A DNA stretch of 26,223 nucleotides from Patescibacteria group bacterium (GCA_023473205.1 JAMCYY010000040.1:1-26223); one strand, 5' to 3'. Positions 1 through 8,421 are shown, counted from the stretch's first letter. Made by a program: numbers and translations. The notes: generated from the sequence alone by a model not told the origin.

Positions 1-16
1 TTGAATAGTTCATGAT

Positions 17-57
17 GAAGGTGTGAAGCTATAACACCTTCCAGGTGTAAACCTAAA
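17..57 (+). repeat. 41-bp dispersed palindromic repeat, copy 1 (GAAGGTGTGAAGCTATAACACCTTCCAGGTGTAAACCTAAA)
   Basis: Near-identical to 730..770 and to the reverse complement of 8350..8390. Internal inverted repeats GAAGGTGT/ACACCTTC and ACACCT/AGGTGT. Confidence 0.95.
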
Positions 58-78
58 TTAGATAATCCATTTAGTTTG

Positions 79-87
79 TGTTAACAT
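79..87 (+). promoter_or_regulatory. Putative extended -10 element (TGtTAACAT) for def, leaderless geometry
   Basis: TAACAT at 82..87 with TG at 79..80; ATG follows 6 nt later at 94; no Shine-Dalgarno. Confidence 0.5.
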
Positions 88-93
88 AGCGTT

Positions 94-675
94 ATGGTTA
101 AAGATACTCTTCAAGCCGGTGATTCGCGATTAAAAGCTTCAAATCAAAAAGTGACTGATGTCAATGATTCAAAAGTCAAACAAGTAATTGTTGATTTAGT
201 GGAAACAATGAAAGCTAACGAACTTGTTGGCATGGCCGCTCCTCAAATTGGGGAAAATTATCAAATTATTATTACTGAGCCTCGGCAAACAAAAACCAGG
301 TCAGCTGATCAAGCAGATGAACTCCGTGTTTATATCAATCCAAAAATCATTCACTTCTCAGAAGAAAAATCGACCATTTATGAGGGTTGTGGGAGTGTTG
401 CTAAGGGAACCTTATTTGGTCCGGTTATTAGGCCAAAAGAAATTACAATTGAAGCTTTAGACAAAAATGGCCAAAGATTCGAACTTACTTGTGATGGGCT
501 TTTGGCCAGAGTAATTCAACATGAGTATGACCATCTTTCTGGAATTGAATTTACTGAAAAGATTGCAGATTATCGTCTTTTAAAGGACATAGATTTTTAT
601 ATGAAAGATATAAAAGGTTCCTCAGAACAAATTAATGCTTCAGTAATTACTAAGAAAGTCTGTAAAAAATTTTAA
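94..675 (+). CDS. def: Peptide deformylase (divergent motifs)
   Basis: Motifs VGMAAPQIG, EGCGS (metal-ligand Cys) and QHEYDHLSG (HExDH). Confidence 0.9.
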   Translation: MVKDTLQAGDSRLKASNQKVTDVNDSKVKQVIVDLVETMKANELVGMAAPQIGENYQIIITEPRQTKTRSADQADELRVYINPKIIHFSEEKSTIYEGCGSVAKGTLFGPVIRPKEITIEALDKNGQRFELTCDGLLARVIQHEYDHLSGIEFTEKIADYRLLKDIDFYMKDIKGSSEQINASVITKKVCKKF

Positions 676-729
676 AAAAATTTTTTTGAGGTTTAATAAA
701 GTTATTTATTTCATAAAATTACTAGTAAG

Positions 730-770
730 GGAGGTGTGAAGCTATAACACCTTCCAGGTGTAAACTTAAA
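730..770 (+). repeat. 41-bp dispersed palindromic repeat, copy 2
   Basis: GGAGGTGTGAAGCTATAACACCTTCCAGGTGTAAACTTAAA; 39/41 identical to copy 1. Confidence 0.95.
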
Positions 771-771
771 G

Positions 772-800
772 TTGTTATTTTAAAATCTAAGATGTAGAAT
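772..800 (+). promoter_or_regulatory. Putative sigma70 promoter TTGTTA-N17-TAGAAT, 7 nt before ATG 808
   Basis: Hexamers at 772..777 and 795..800 with a 17-nt spacer. Confidence 0.55.
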
Positions 801-807
801 TTGGTTT

Positions 808-1023
808 ATGTCATTAAGAAATGAACAAGGGTATAAGGGGACTGATGCCAGTGTAGGAGCTGATCAATTTGTTGTTGATGCTGGGCTAGCTAGTCGAAGA
901 GTTCCAAATGAAGAAAAAAAAGGAAAAGAGGTAGAAAAAGAACTTGATGGACAAGATGGAGAGGGGAAAAGTTCACGACCATTTACATGCTTTAGAAGGA
1001 GAAGAAGTTCGAGTTTTAGATAA
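808..1023 (+). CDS. Small, highly charged hypothetical protein (71 aa)
   Basis: Fills the def-lexA gap without overlap and has its own promoter-like signal; no family recognised. Confidence 0.55.
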   Translation: MSLRNEQGYKGTDASVGADQFVVDAGLASRRVPNEEKKGKEVEKELDGQDGEGKSSRPFTCFRRRRSSSFR

Positions 1024-1034
1024 AGTTACAGAAG

Positions 1035-1649
1035 TTAAAACTTCCTAATGACTCCCACGACTTTGCCTTGAATTTTAACATCGGTTACATAAATTGGTTG
1101 CATTTTGGCATTAGCCGGAGCTAGTTTAATCCTAGTTGCTTCTTTAAAGTAACGTTTTAAAGTCGCTAAACCATTTTCTAAAAGGGCAACCACAATGTCT
1201 CCGTTTTTTGCTTCTGCTTGTTCTTCTACAACCACAAAGTCGCCATCTAAAATTCCTTCTTCAATCATGGACTCACCTTTTACCTGCAAAACAAATGCCC
1301 TTTTTCGGCCAGAAAGCATTCCCGGGGCAACATGAATTGTCGCATTTGGGTCAGTGTGCGGTTCAATTGGCAAGCCTGCGGCAATAAAGCCTAAGATAGG
1401 TAATTCTACTCCTTTGGTAATTTCACCTAGTTTTTTATCAACAATTTCAATTCCGCGAACCGCGCCTTCAAATTTTTTGATTAACTTTTTTTTGGCCATT
1501 GTTTCCAAGTGTTCATGGACAGTGGCTAAAGAAGAAACTCCCAAAGCTTCAGCAATTTGTTGCAAAGTCGGTGAATAGCCATTTTTTTGAATATATTGAC
1601 TGATAAAGTCCAGAATTTGTTTTTGACGTTTATAGATTGTAACTGGCAT
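1035..1649 (-). CDS. lexA: SOS repressor LexA
   Basis: N-terminal winged HTH (PTLQQIAEALGVSSLATVHEHL), Ala-Gly cleavage site (IAAGLP), S24 catalytic Ser (VKGESM) and Lys (TLKR). Confidence 0.97.
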   Translation of the reverse strand: MPVTIYKRQKQILDFISQYIQKNGYSPTLQQIAEALGVSSLATVHEHLETMAKKKLIKKFEGAVRGIEIVDKKLGEITKGVELPILGFIAAGLPIEPHTDPNATIHVAPGMLSGRKRAFVLQVKGESMIEEGILDGDFVVVEEQAEAKNGDIVVALLENGLATLKRYFKEATRIKLAPANAKMQPIYVTDVKIQGKVVGVIRKF

Positions 1650-1827
1650 TGTTATTTTTTCATCTAAGGTTTGGATTTACGCTGATTAGGCACTATTCAA
1701 ATCTCAGATGACCTTCATTTTTTTGATGCGTCCGCAAATTTTGTGAAACTATATTTTTATATTTTGTCTCAGTGATAATTGCAATCTTTAAAAATCTGTT
1801 TGAATATGTTTTATACTTCTATTATTT

Positions 1828-1857
1828 AGAATACGCCAAAGAAAACCCGAATGTCAA
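1828..1857 (-). promoter_or_regulatory. Putative lexA promoter TTGACA-N18-TATTCT
   Basis: Consensus -35 at 1857..1852 and TATTCT at 1833..1828 on the minus strand, about 180 nt upstream of the lexA ATG. Confidence 0.55.
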
Positions 1858-1926
1858 GGAGTAAAATAAATTAACAATGAGTTTCGATTACAAACAACCC
1901 CTCTGGCAGAATGGTGACCATTTAGT

Positions 1927-1932
1927 TATTAT
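1927..1932 (+). promoter_or_regulatory. Putative -10 (TATTAT) 6 nt before GTG 1939
   Basis: Leaderless geometry; no SD; -35 poor. Confidence 0.4.
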
Positions 1933-1938
1933 TGAATT

Positions 1939-3774
1939 GTGACCAAAAAAATTATTTATAACTTCTTATTAACGGTATTCTTTTTTTTGTTTTCCAGCCA
2001 ATCTGCTTGGGCTAATGATTTTGCCTCTTTTTACAAAACTACTTATGAATTTGCCCAAAACGGGGAAGCTACTGTTTTTCAAGAAATTTCTTTAGTTAAC
2101 CAGACGGCAGATTTTTATGTTTCAGAATATGCTTTATCAATAGTCGGCGGTCAAGTTTATAATGTCGAAGCTTATGACAAGATAGGCGCCCTTCGGGTTA
2201 AAACTACCCAAAAAGAAAAGACAGTCATCCTCTCAACTGCTTTTAATGAAAAAATTGTTGGTAAAGGGCAAATGCTTTCCTTTATTTTAAAATATAAAGT
2301 CCGTGATTTAGCTAAAAAAGAAGGTAATCTTTGGCAGATTTCATTACCTAAGTTAGCAAATTACCAGGATATTGAGGAATATAATGTTGATTTAAAAATT
2401 CCTGGTGAATTTGGCCGGATTGCCTTTGTTAATCCCAGTCCCCGAAAAGAAGAGATGAATGAAAATTTTACTCTTCTTTCTTTTAAAAAAGACGACCTGA
2501 TCAAATATGGGGTTTTAGTTTCTTTGGGCCAATATCAAACTTTTGACTTTAACCTTTATTATGATTTGGTTAACCCCACGGACAAAGAGGTAATTGAAAA
2601 AATAACCATTCCGCCAGATACTCCTTATCAAACAGTTTTTTTTGGAAATATCTCACCCCTGCCTTTGCAAGTTAGTCTTGATGAAGATGGCAACTGGTTT
2701 GCAGATTTTCTTCTTGCTCCTAATCAAAAGCTAAAAGTAGAGGTTGCCGGACAAGCAGATATCTTTGGCCGCCCTAAAACAAACACAACTTTTGATTTTA
2801 ATGGAAATCCAAATGATTATTTAGAGCCGACTAAGTACTGGGAAACGCTTTCTCCTGAAATTTCTGAAAAAGCAAAAGAACTAAAATCGCCGGAAAAAAT
2901 TTTTGATTTTGTGGCCAAAACATTAAATTATCAGTATGACAATCTTGGCCAAGGGCTTCGCCAAGGAGCAGTTGCCGCCTTAAAAAATCCTGATCAAGCA
3001 GTTTGTTCTGAATTTACTGACCTTTTTATTGCCCTTTGCCGGGCAGCTGGGATTCCTGCGAGGGAACTGGAAGGCTTTGCTTATACTGATAATCCAAAGT
3101 TAAACAATCTTTCTTTGGAAAATGATCTTTTGCATTCCTGGCCAGAATATTATGATAAAATCCAAAAACAGTGGCTGATGGTTGACCCGACTTGGGCCAA
3201 TACCACTGGCGGCTTGGATTATTTCAATAAGTTTGATCTTAACCATTTTGTTTTTGTCATTCACGGCAAAAATGATGCTTTCCCTTATCCACCTGGTTCT
3301 TACCGCGAAAAAAATTCTTCAAACCGCCAAATTTTTGTTTCTATGAGCAAAGAAGCAGTAACTTCGAGACAAAAAATCCTGGCAGTGGAAGAACTTAATC
3401 CCGGAAATATCTGGTCCTTAAAAGGAAACTTAGCTGAAGCAAAAATCCGCAACTTAAGTGGTTTTGCCATCTATAATTTAAAGCTTTTTTCTGAGGATGG
3501 AAAAGTTACCCCGTCTTCTTGGCAATACCCTGTTGTTTTGCCTTTTTCTGTTTTTGAACAAAGATTTAACATCAGTCCTAAGGATAACCTGACTGATTAT
3601 TCTCTAAATCTTAATTTTACTGCCGATGACCAAACAATATCCCTGAGATTTAAAGTTTTTTCACTTTTGCAAAGGGGACTTTTGTTAGGGTCGGTCATGC
3701 TTATTATTTTGATGATATTTATTTTGCGTTCTTTCCGAAAGCATAACTTGCAAAGCAAAACTAACCAATGCTAA
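1939..3774 (+). CDS. Exported, C-terminally anchored transglutaminase-like (Cys-His-Asp) protein
   Basis: Signal peptide ending AWA; CSEFTDLFIALCRAAGIPAR, HSWPEYY and VDPTW match the transglutaminase-like triad; C-terminal TM helix plus basic tail. Confidence 0.88.
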   Translation: MTKKIIYNFLLTVFFFLFSSQSAWANDFASFYKTTYEFAQNGEATVFQEISLVNQTADFYVSEYALSIVGGQVYNVEAYDKIGALRVKTTQKEKTVILSTAFNEKIVGKGQMLSFILKYKVRDLAKKEGNLWQISLPKLANYQDIEEYNVDLKIPGEFGRIAFVNPSPRKEEMNENFTLLSFKKDDLIKYGVLVSLGQYQTFDFNLYYDLVNPTDKEVIEKITIPPDTPYQTVFFGNISPLPLQVSLDEDGNWFADFLLAPNQKLKVEVAGQADIFGRPKTNTTFDFNGNPNDYLEPTKYWETLSPEISEKAKELKSPEKIFDFVAKTLNYQYDNLGQGLRQGAVAALKNPDQAVCSEFTDLFIALCRAAGIPARELEGFAYTDNPKLNNLSLENDLLHSWPEYYDKIQKQWLMVDPTWANTTGGLDYFNKFDLNHFVFVIHGKNDAFPYPPGSYREKNSSNRQIFVSMSKEAVTSRQKILAVEELNPGNIWSLKGNLAEAKIRNLSGFAIYNLKLFSEDGKVTPSSWQYPVVLPFSVFEQRFNISPKDNLTDYSLNLNFTADDQTISLRFKVFSLLQRGLLLGSVMLIILMIFILRSFRKHNLQSKTNQC

Positions 3775-3783
3775 AGTAAGATA

Positions 3784-4185
3784 ATGAAAAATTTTTTAAG
3801 GCGAATTTTTCTTAATTTTCTTTCACTTTGGTTAATTGGTAATATTACCCAAAGTGTAAATTATAATGGAAACCTTTTAGTCTTATTTTGGGCATCTCTT
3901 TTCCTGACAATTTTCAACCTTCTTATTAAGCCAATTCTAAATCTTCTTTTGATGCCCATTAATTTAATTACCTTAGGAGCTTTCCGTTGGGTAATTAACG
4001 TTTTAGTCCTGCTGGCTGTCTTAATTGCTGTCGAAGGATTTAAGGTTGTGGGTTTTACTTTTACCGGATTCACCATTGCTGGATTTGTCGTGCCTAAAAT
4101 TACTCTCTCTTTCTTTTGGGCCTTAGTTTTGGTATCATTCATGATAGAAATTTTCAATGGTATTTTTGGTTGGCTTTTTGAATAA
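3784..4185 (+). CDS. 4-TM 'phage holin family' (YvlD/superfamily IV-like) membrane protein
   Basis: Hydrophobic 133 aa with family-typical IKPILNLLLMPINLITLGAFRWVIN. Confidence 0.8.
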   Translation: MKNFLRRIFLNFLSLWLIGNITQSVNYNGNLLVLFWASLFLTIFNLLIKPILNLLLMPINLITLGAFRWVINVLVLLAVLIAVEGFKVVGFTFTGFTIAGFVVPKITLSFFWALVLVSFMIEIFNGIFGWLFE

Positions 4186-4403
4186 TGAAGACCATAATTT
4201 TAGCTCTACAAATAATTTTAAGTATCGCCTTGATCGGCTTAATCATCATTCAATCTAAAGGAGTGGGTTTAAGTGGGCCTTTTGGTGGTAGATTAGGTAC
4301 CTATTCAACCAAAAGGGGAGTGGAAAAGGCGGTTTCTAATTTGACCATTATTGTGGCTGTCCTTTTCTTCTTTTCTTCACTGGCCCAACTTTGGATAAAG
4401 TAA
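4185..4403 (+). CDS. secG: Preprotein translocase subunit SecG
   Basis: 72 aa, two TM segments, IIIQSKGVGLSGPFGG loop and TKRGVEK motif; start overlaps the upstream stop. Confidence 0.9.
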   Translation: MKTIILALQIILSIALIGLIIIQSKGVGLSGPFGGRLGTYSTKRGVEKAVSNLTIIVAVLFFFSSLAQLWIK

Positions 4404-4408
4404 AAAAA

Positions 4409-5737
4409 ATGAGTTTAACAAAAAGACTTCGTTTTATTTATCGTTTTTTAACGGCAGTTGTCAAAAAACAATTTTTGACGGTTATTTTAGGGTTATTTCT
4501 AGGCGTTTGCTTTTTTTTCTTTCTCCCCCGTTTAATGAAATACTTGCCTTTGCCCAAAACACTTTTAAAAATTGGCCTTGTTGGCCAGCCCACAGTCAGT
4601 GATTTGCCTGAACTTGTCCTTAAAGATATTTCTTACGGCTTAACTAAGGTTTCTTCTAAAGGTGAACCCTTACCGGGTTTAGCCACCAGCTGGGATGCTA
4701 CTGATCAAGGTAAAACTTACATTTTTAAGATTAATGACCAAGGGGCCACTTGGCATGACGGCACTTCCTTTTCTGTTAAAGATATTAATTACAATTTCAA
4801 AGACATCTCTTTTTCCTTTAATGGAAATGAATTAACTTTTGTCCTCAAAGATGCCTTTTCTCCTTTACCTGTCGTTCTTTCCCGTCCTCTTTTTAAAAAA
4901 GGGTTAATCGGTTTGGGTGATTATAAGGTTAAAAAAATTGATAAAAATAATAAATTTATTAAGGGGATTTATTTAAATTCCCAAAAAAACGAGATGCCTA
5001 ATAAATACTATCGCTTTTATAATACGGAAAGTGAGTTAAAAACTGCCTTTAACTTAGGCGAGGTCAATATTCTTGAGAATTTGTTTGATTTAAAAGGATT
5101 AGCCCTTGGCCCAAAAGTTGAAGTGAAAGAAAACTTAAGAAAAGATGCTTATTTAGGGCTTTTTTTGGATACCAGCCGTCCGCCTTTTTCCAGCAAATCC
5201 TATCGTCAGGCTTTAGCTTATGCCATTCCTAAAGAGACTGGCGAGAAGCGTTCTTTTGGGCCTTTAAACCCTGATTCTTGGGCTTATAACCCGGATGTTA
5301 AACCTTATGCAAAAGATATTGCCCATGCTAAACAGCTTTTAGAAAAAGAAGGAGGAATAGAAAATACCAAAATAAAGATTGCTACCTTTCTTGCCTATGA
5401 AGAGATGGCTAATTTGATTAAAGAAAGTTGGGCGGAAATTGGCATTGATTCTGAAGTACAAATAATTTCTGCGATTCCTGACCAGTTTGATGTTTTGCTC
5501 CTAGCCAGGGAAGTTCCCGAAGACCCGGACCAATATTACTTTTGGCACTCAACCCAAGAAGGAAATTTAGCCAATTTTAAAAGTTTGCGTATTGATAAGC
5601 TTTTAGAAGACGGACGGACAACTCTTTCGCGTGAAGAAAGAAAAAATATTTATTTTGATTTTCAAAGATATTTAGTGGAAGAGTCGCCTGTTATCTTTTT
5701 AACCCACCCGGTAACATATACAGTAGAAAGGAAATAA
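4409..5737 (+). CDS. Family 5 (OppA/DppA-like) solute-binding protein with N-terminal TM anchor
   Basis: PGLATSW, TWHDGTSFSVKD, YRQALAYAI, IDKLLEDGR and RKNIYFDFQR motifs. ATG 4409 preferred over TTG 4391, which overlaps secG. Confidence 0.85.
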   Translation: MSLTKRLRFIYRFLTAVVKKQFLTVILGLFLGVCFFFFLPRLMKYLPLPKTLLKIGLVGQPTVSDLPELVLKDISYGLTKVSSKGEPLPGLATSWDATDQGKTYIFKINDQGATWHDGTSFSVKDINYNFKDISFSFNGNELTFVLKDAFSPLPVVLSRPLFKKGLIGLGDYKVKKIDKNNKFIKGIYLNSQKNEMPNKYYRFYNTESELKTAFNLGEVNILENLFDLKGLALGPKVEVKENLRKDAYLGLFLDTSRPPFSSKSYRQALAYAIPKETGEKRSFGPLNPDSWAYNPDVKPYAKDIAHAKQLLEKEGGIENTKIKIATFLAYEEMANLIKESWAEIGIDSEVQIISAIPDQFDVLLLAREVPEDPDQYYFWHSTQEGNLANFKSLRIDKLLEDGRTTLSREERKNIYFDFQRYLVEESPVIFLTHPVTYTVERK

Positions 5738-5782
5738 TTGTTATCTCGCTATTTTGTTATATTGTTATCTTATTCTAAAAGG

Positions 5783-5824
5783 TGTTAAAATCATACGCAT
5801 CATTTAAATATCTTTTTAAGGAGG
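5783..5824 (+). promoter_or_regulatory. Extended -10 (TGtTAAAAT) and Shine-Dalgarno (AAGGAGG) for eno
   Basis: TAAAAT at 5786..5791 with TG at 5783..5784; AAGGAGG at 5818..5824, 4 nt before the ATG. Confidence 0.6.
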
Positions 5825-5828
5825 AACG

Positions 5829-7088
5829 ATGAAAATTGTTGAGGTTCATGCTCGGGAAATTTTAGATTCCAAAGGGGTGCCCACTGTTGAGGCAGAAGTA
5901 ACTTTGGAAGATGGAACCAAGGCCATGGGTGGAGTTCCTTCTGGCGCTTCTACGGGTGCAGCTGAAGTTTTGGAACTTCGGGACGGAGATAAATCAAGAT
6001 ATTTTGGTAAAGGAGTTTTAAAAGCAGTGGCCAATGTTAATGGCCCAATTAAAGATGCCTTAGTTGGTCAGGATGCCTGTGATCAACGAGCTATTGATCA
6101 GACAATGATTAGTTTAGATGGAACCGATAATAAATCTAAATTAGGTGGCAATGCCACTTGCGGCGTTTCAATGGCAATTTGCCGGGCAGCCGCTCGGTCT
6201 CAAAAAATACCGCTTTATGAATATTTTGGTAAATTATCTGGCAACACTAATTTTCAATTGCCCCAACCTTTAGTTTTAGTTTTAGAGGGTGGTAAACATG
6301 GGAATTGGTCAACTGATTGCCAGGAATATTTTATTATTCCCAAAAGAGAAGTTTTTCCAACTATTAGTGAAAGTCTTCGGGTTGGTGCAGAAATTTTCCA
6401 TGCCTTAGAAAAACTGCTTTCAGAAAAAGGTTACGCCACTGGAGTCGGATTTGAAGGCGCTTTTATGCCCAAAGAAATGAAATCCAATGAAGAGGCATTA
6501 CAAATTTTAGTTGAGGCCACAGAAAAAGCTGGTTACAAACTTCCTGATCAAATTGTCTTGGGAGTTGACGGTGCAGCATCCGAATTTTATCAAGATGGAA
6601 GATATGTTTTAAAAAGTGAGGGTGGAAAAGTATTGGAAAGCGGTGAATGGTTAGAAACTTTAGTAGGTTGGTCTAGTAAATATCCAATTTGGTCGATGGA
6701 AGATATTTTTGCCGAAGAAGATTGGAAATCTTGGGTTGAGTTTACCAAAAGAGTTGGTGATCATATCCAAGTTGTTGGTGATGACTTACTCACCACCAAT
6801 ATCAAGCGGATTCAAAAAGGCATTGATTTGAAAGCAGTTAACAGCGTTCTCATTAAGCTTAACCAAATTGGTACAGTTTCGGAAACGATTGATGCGATCT
6901 TACTTTCTCATAAAGCAGGATTTACAACGATGATTTCCCACCGTGGTGGAGAAACTAATGACGATATGATTGCTGACTTGTGTGTTGGCTCAGGCAGTTG
7001 GCAATCCAAATTTGGTGGTCCAGATAGAGGTGAAAGAGTGGCCAAATATAATCGGTTACTGCGAATTGAGGAAAAACTATTAAAATAA
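5829..7088 (+). CDS. eno: Enolase (divergent)
   Basis: AREILDSKGVPTVE, PSGASTG, VDGAASEF, SMED, VVGDDL, LIKLNQIGT, SHR and AKYNRLLRIEE motifs. Confidence 0.96.
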   Translation: MKIVEVHAREILDSKGVPTVEAEVTLEDGTKAMGGVPSGASTGAAEVLELRDGDKSRYFGKGVLKAVANVNGPIKDALVGQDACDQRAIDQTMISLDGTDNKSKLGGNATCGVSMAICRAAARSQKIPLYEYFGKLSGNTNFQLPQPLVLVLEGGKHGNWSTDCQEYFIIPKREVFPTISESLRVGAEIFHALEKLLSEKGYATGVGFEGAFMPKEMKSNEEALQILVEATEKAGYKLPDQIVLGVDGAASEFYQDGRYVLKSEGGKVLESGEWLETLVGWSSKYPIWSMEDIFAEEDWKSWVEFTKRVGDHIQVVGDDLLTTNIKRIQKGIDLKAVNSVLIKLNQIGTVSETIDAILLSHKAGFTTMISHRGGETNDDMIADLCVGSGSWQSKFGGPDRGERVAKYNRLLRIEEKLLK

Positions 7089-7116
7089 AATAAAGTGGCA
7101 CACAGTGTAGTAGAAG

Positions 7117-8340
7117 ATGAATAAACATATTTTAATTATCTGTGACGGAATGGGTGATTTACCGGTTCCCGAATTTGGAAATAAAACGCCATTAGAAGCG
7201 GCCAAGACACCAAATATGGACAGAATGGCTAAGTTGGGAAAAACCGGGTTAATGTTCACCTTAGGTAAAGGTATCAGACCTAATAGTGATGAAGCTCATT
7301 TAGTAATTTTTGGTTATAATTTGAAAACTGATTATCCCGGAAGAGGGCCAATTGAAGCTGCTGGTGTGGGAGAAATCTTGGAGGAAGGCGATATTGCCAT
7401 CCGTGGTAATGTGGCGACAGTTGATAATGAACTTAGAGTCATTGATCGTCGGGCCGGTCGGATTGACGATACCACTCCTTTAGTATCGGAATTTAACGGC
7501 ATGGAAATTGATGGGATTAAATTTTTAGTTAAACCAGGTGTTGGTCATCGTTTAAGTATTGTCATGCGGGGTAAAGGGTTGTCTGACAAAATTACCAATT
7601 CCGATGTTCATTATGTTACTGAAGATAAAGTTGTCGAAAACTGGGAAGGCTTAAAAGTTAATGTTCCTCAACCTTTAGATAATTCACCAGAAGCAAAATT
7701 CACGGCCGAAGTTTTGCAAAAATTTTTAGAAAAAACCCATGAACTTTTAGAAAAAAATTCTGTTAATCAAGAAAGAGAAGTTAAAGGAGAATTAAAGGCC
7801 AATTATCTTTTAACTCGAGGACCGGGTTACTATAAAAAGGTTGAACCGTTTACGCAAAAATGGAATTTAGCTAAGGCTGGATGCATTGCTGGAGCTGGTC
7901 TTTACAAAGGTTTAGGTGTAATGGTAGGCATGGATTTAATTCCTGTAGCGAGTGCTACCGGTAAACCAAATACTAATATTACTGCGAAAATTGACATGGC
8001 AAAGGAAAAAATTAAAGACTATGATTTTCTCTTTGTTCATATAAAGCCAACAGACCTTTTTGGTGAAGACGGTAATCCTCAAGGAAAAAAAGATTTTATT
8101 GAAAAAATTGACGAAGCGATTGATCATCTGGATAAAGTAGAGGCAACAGTTGCTATTACCGCTGATCATTCAACTCCTTGCAGTCACAAAGATCATTCGG
8201 CTGATCCGGTTCCTTTACTAATTTATTCTCCAGGAATGATCAGTGATAATCTTGCAAAATTTGGGGAAAAAGACTGTCAACAAGGCTCTTTAGGAATAAT
8301 TGATGGTAAAGACTTCATGAAGATATTTCTCAAATATTGA
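7117..8340 (+). CDS. apgM: 2,3-bisphosphoglycerate-independent phosphoglycerate mutase, ApgM (archaeal-type) family
   Basis: ICDGMGD, KTPNMD, PNSDEAHL (catalytic Ser), GRGPIEAAG, HIKPTD, TADHSTP, HSADPVP; lies directly downstream of eno. Confidence 0.92.
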   Translation: MNKHILIICDGMGDLPVPEFGNKTPLEAAKTPNMDRMAKLGKTGLMFTLGKGIRPNSDEAHLVIFGYNLKTDYPGRGPIEAAGVGEILEEGDIAIRGNVATVDNELRVIDRRAGRIDDTTPLVSEFNGMEIDGIKFLVKPGVGHRLSIVMRGKGLSDKITNSDVHYVTEDKVVENWEGLKVNVPQPLDNSPEAKFTAEVLQKFLEKTHELLEKNSVNQEREVKGELKANYLLTRGPGYYKKVEPFTQKWNLAKAGCIAGAGLYKGLGVMVGMDLIPVASATGKPNTNITAKIDMAKEKIKDYDFLFVHIKPTDLFGEDGNPQGKKDFIEKIDEAIDHLDKVEATVAITADHSTPCSHKDHSADPVPLLIYSPGMISDNLAKFGEKDCQQGSLGIIDGKDFMKIFLKY

Positions 8341-8349
8341 TTAGGTAAG

Positions 8350-8390
8350 TTTAGGTTTACACCTGGAAGGTGTTATAGCTTCACACCTCC
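8350..8390 (-). repeat. 41-bp dispersed palindromic repeat, copy 3 (inverted)
   Basis: Reverse complement reads GGAGGTGTGAAGCTATAACACCTTCCAGGTGTAAACCTAAA, one mismatch to each of copies 1 and 2. Confidence 0.95.
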
Positions 8391-8421
8391 AACCGAATAG
8401 AACCTTTAAAAGCTAAATGCG

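Noticed and set aside
17-770. 41-bp repeat as a CRISPR array
   Set aside because: Copies are 713 bp and more than 7 kb apart, separated by whole genes, one is inverted, and no cas genes are present.
1740-1860. LexA (GAAC-N4-GTTC) boxes upstream of lexA
   Set aside because: Best candidates (e.g. AAAC-TATA-TTTT) have too many mismatches for such AT-rich DNA.
1981-1988. T8 run in the signal-peptide region as a phase-variation tract
   Set aside because: Similar A/T runs are common throughout the window and the frame is intact.
3784-4185. Holin-family gene as evidence of a prophage
   Set aside because: No endolysin, structural or integrase genes; it is embedded in a housekeeping operon with secG.
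17-8390. 41-bp repeat as integron attC sites
   Set aside because: No RYYYAAC...GTTRRRY box pair, too short, mixed orientation, and no integrase in the window.
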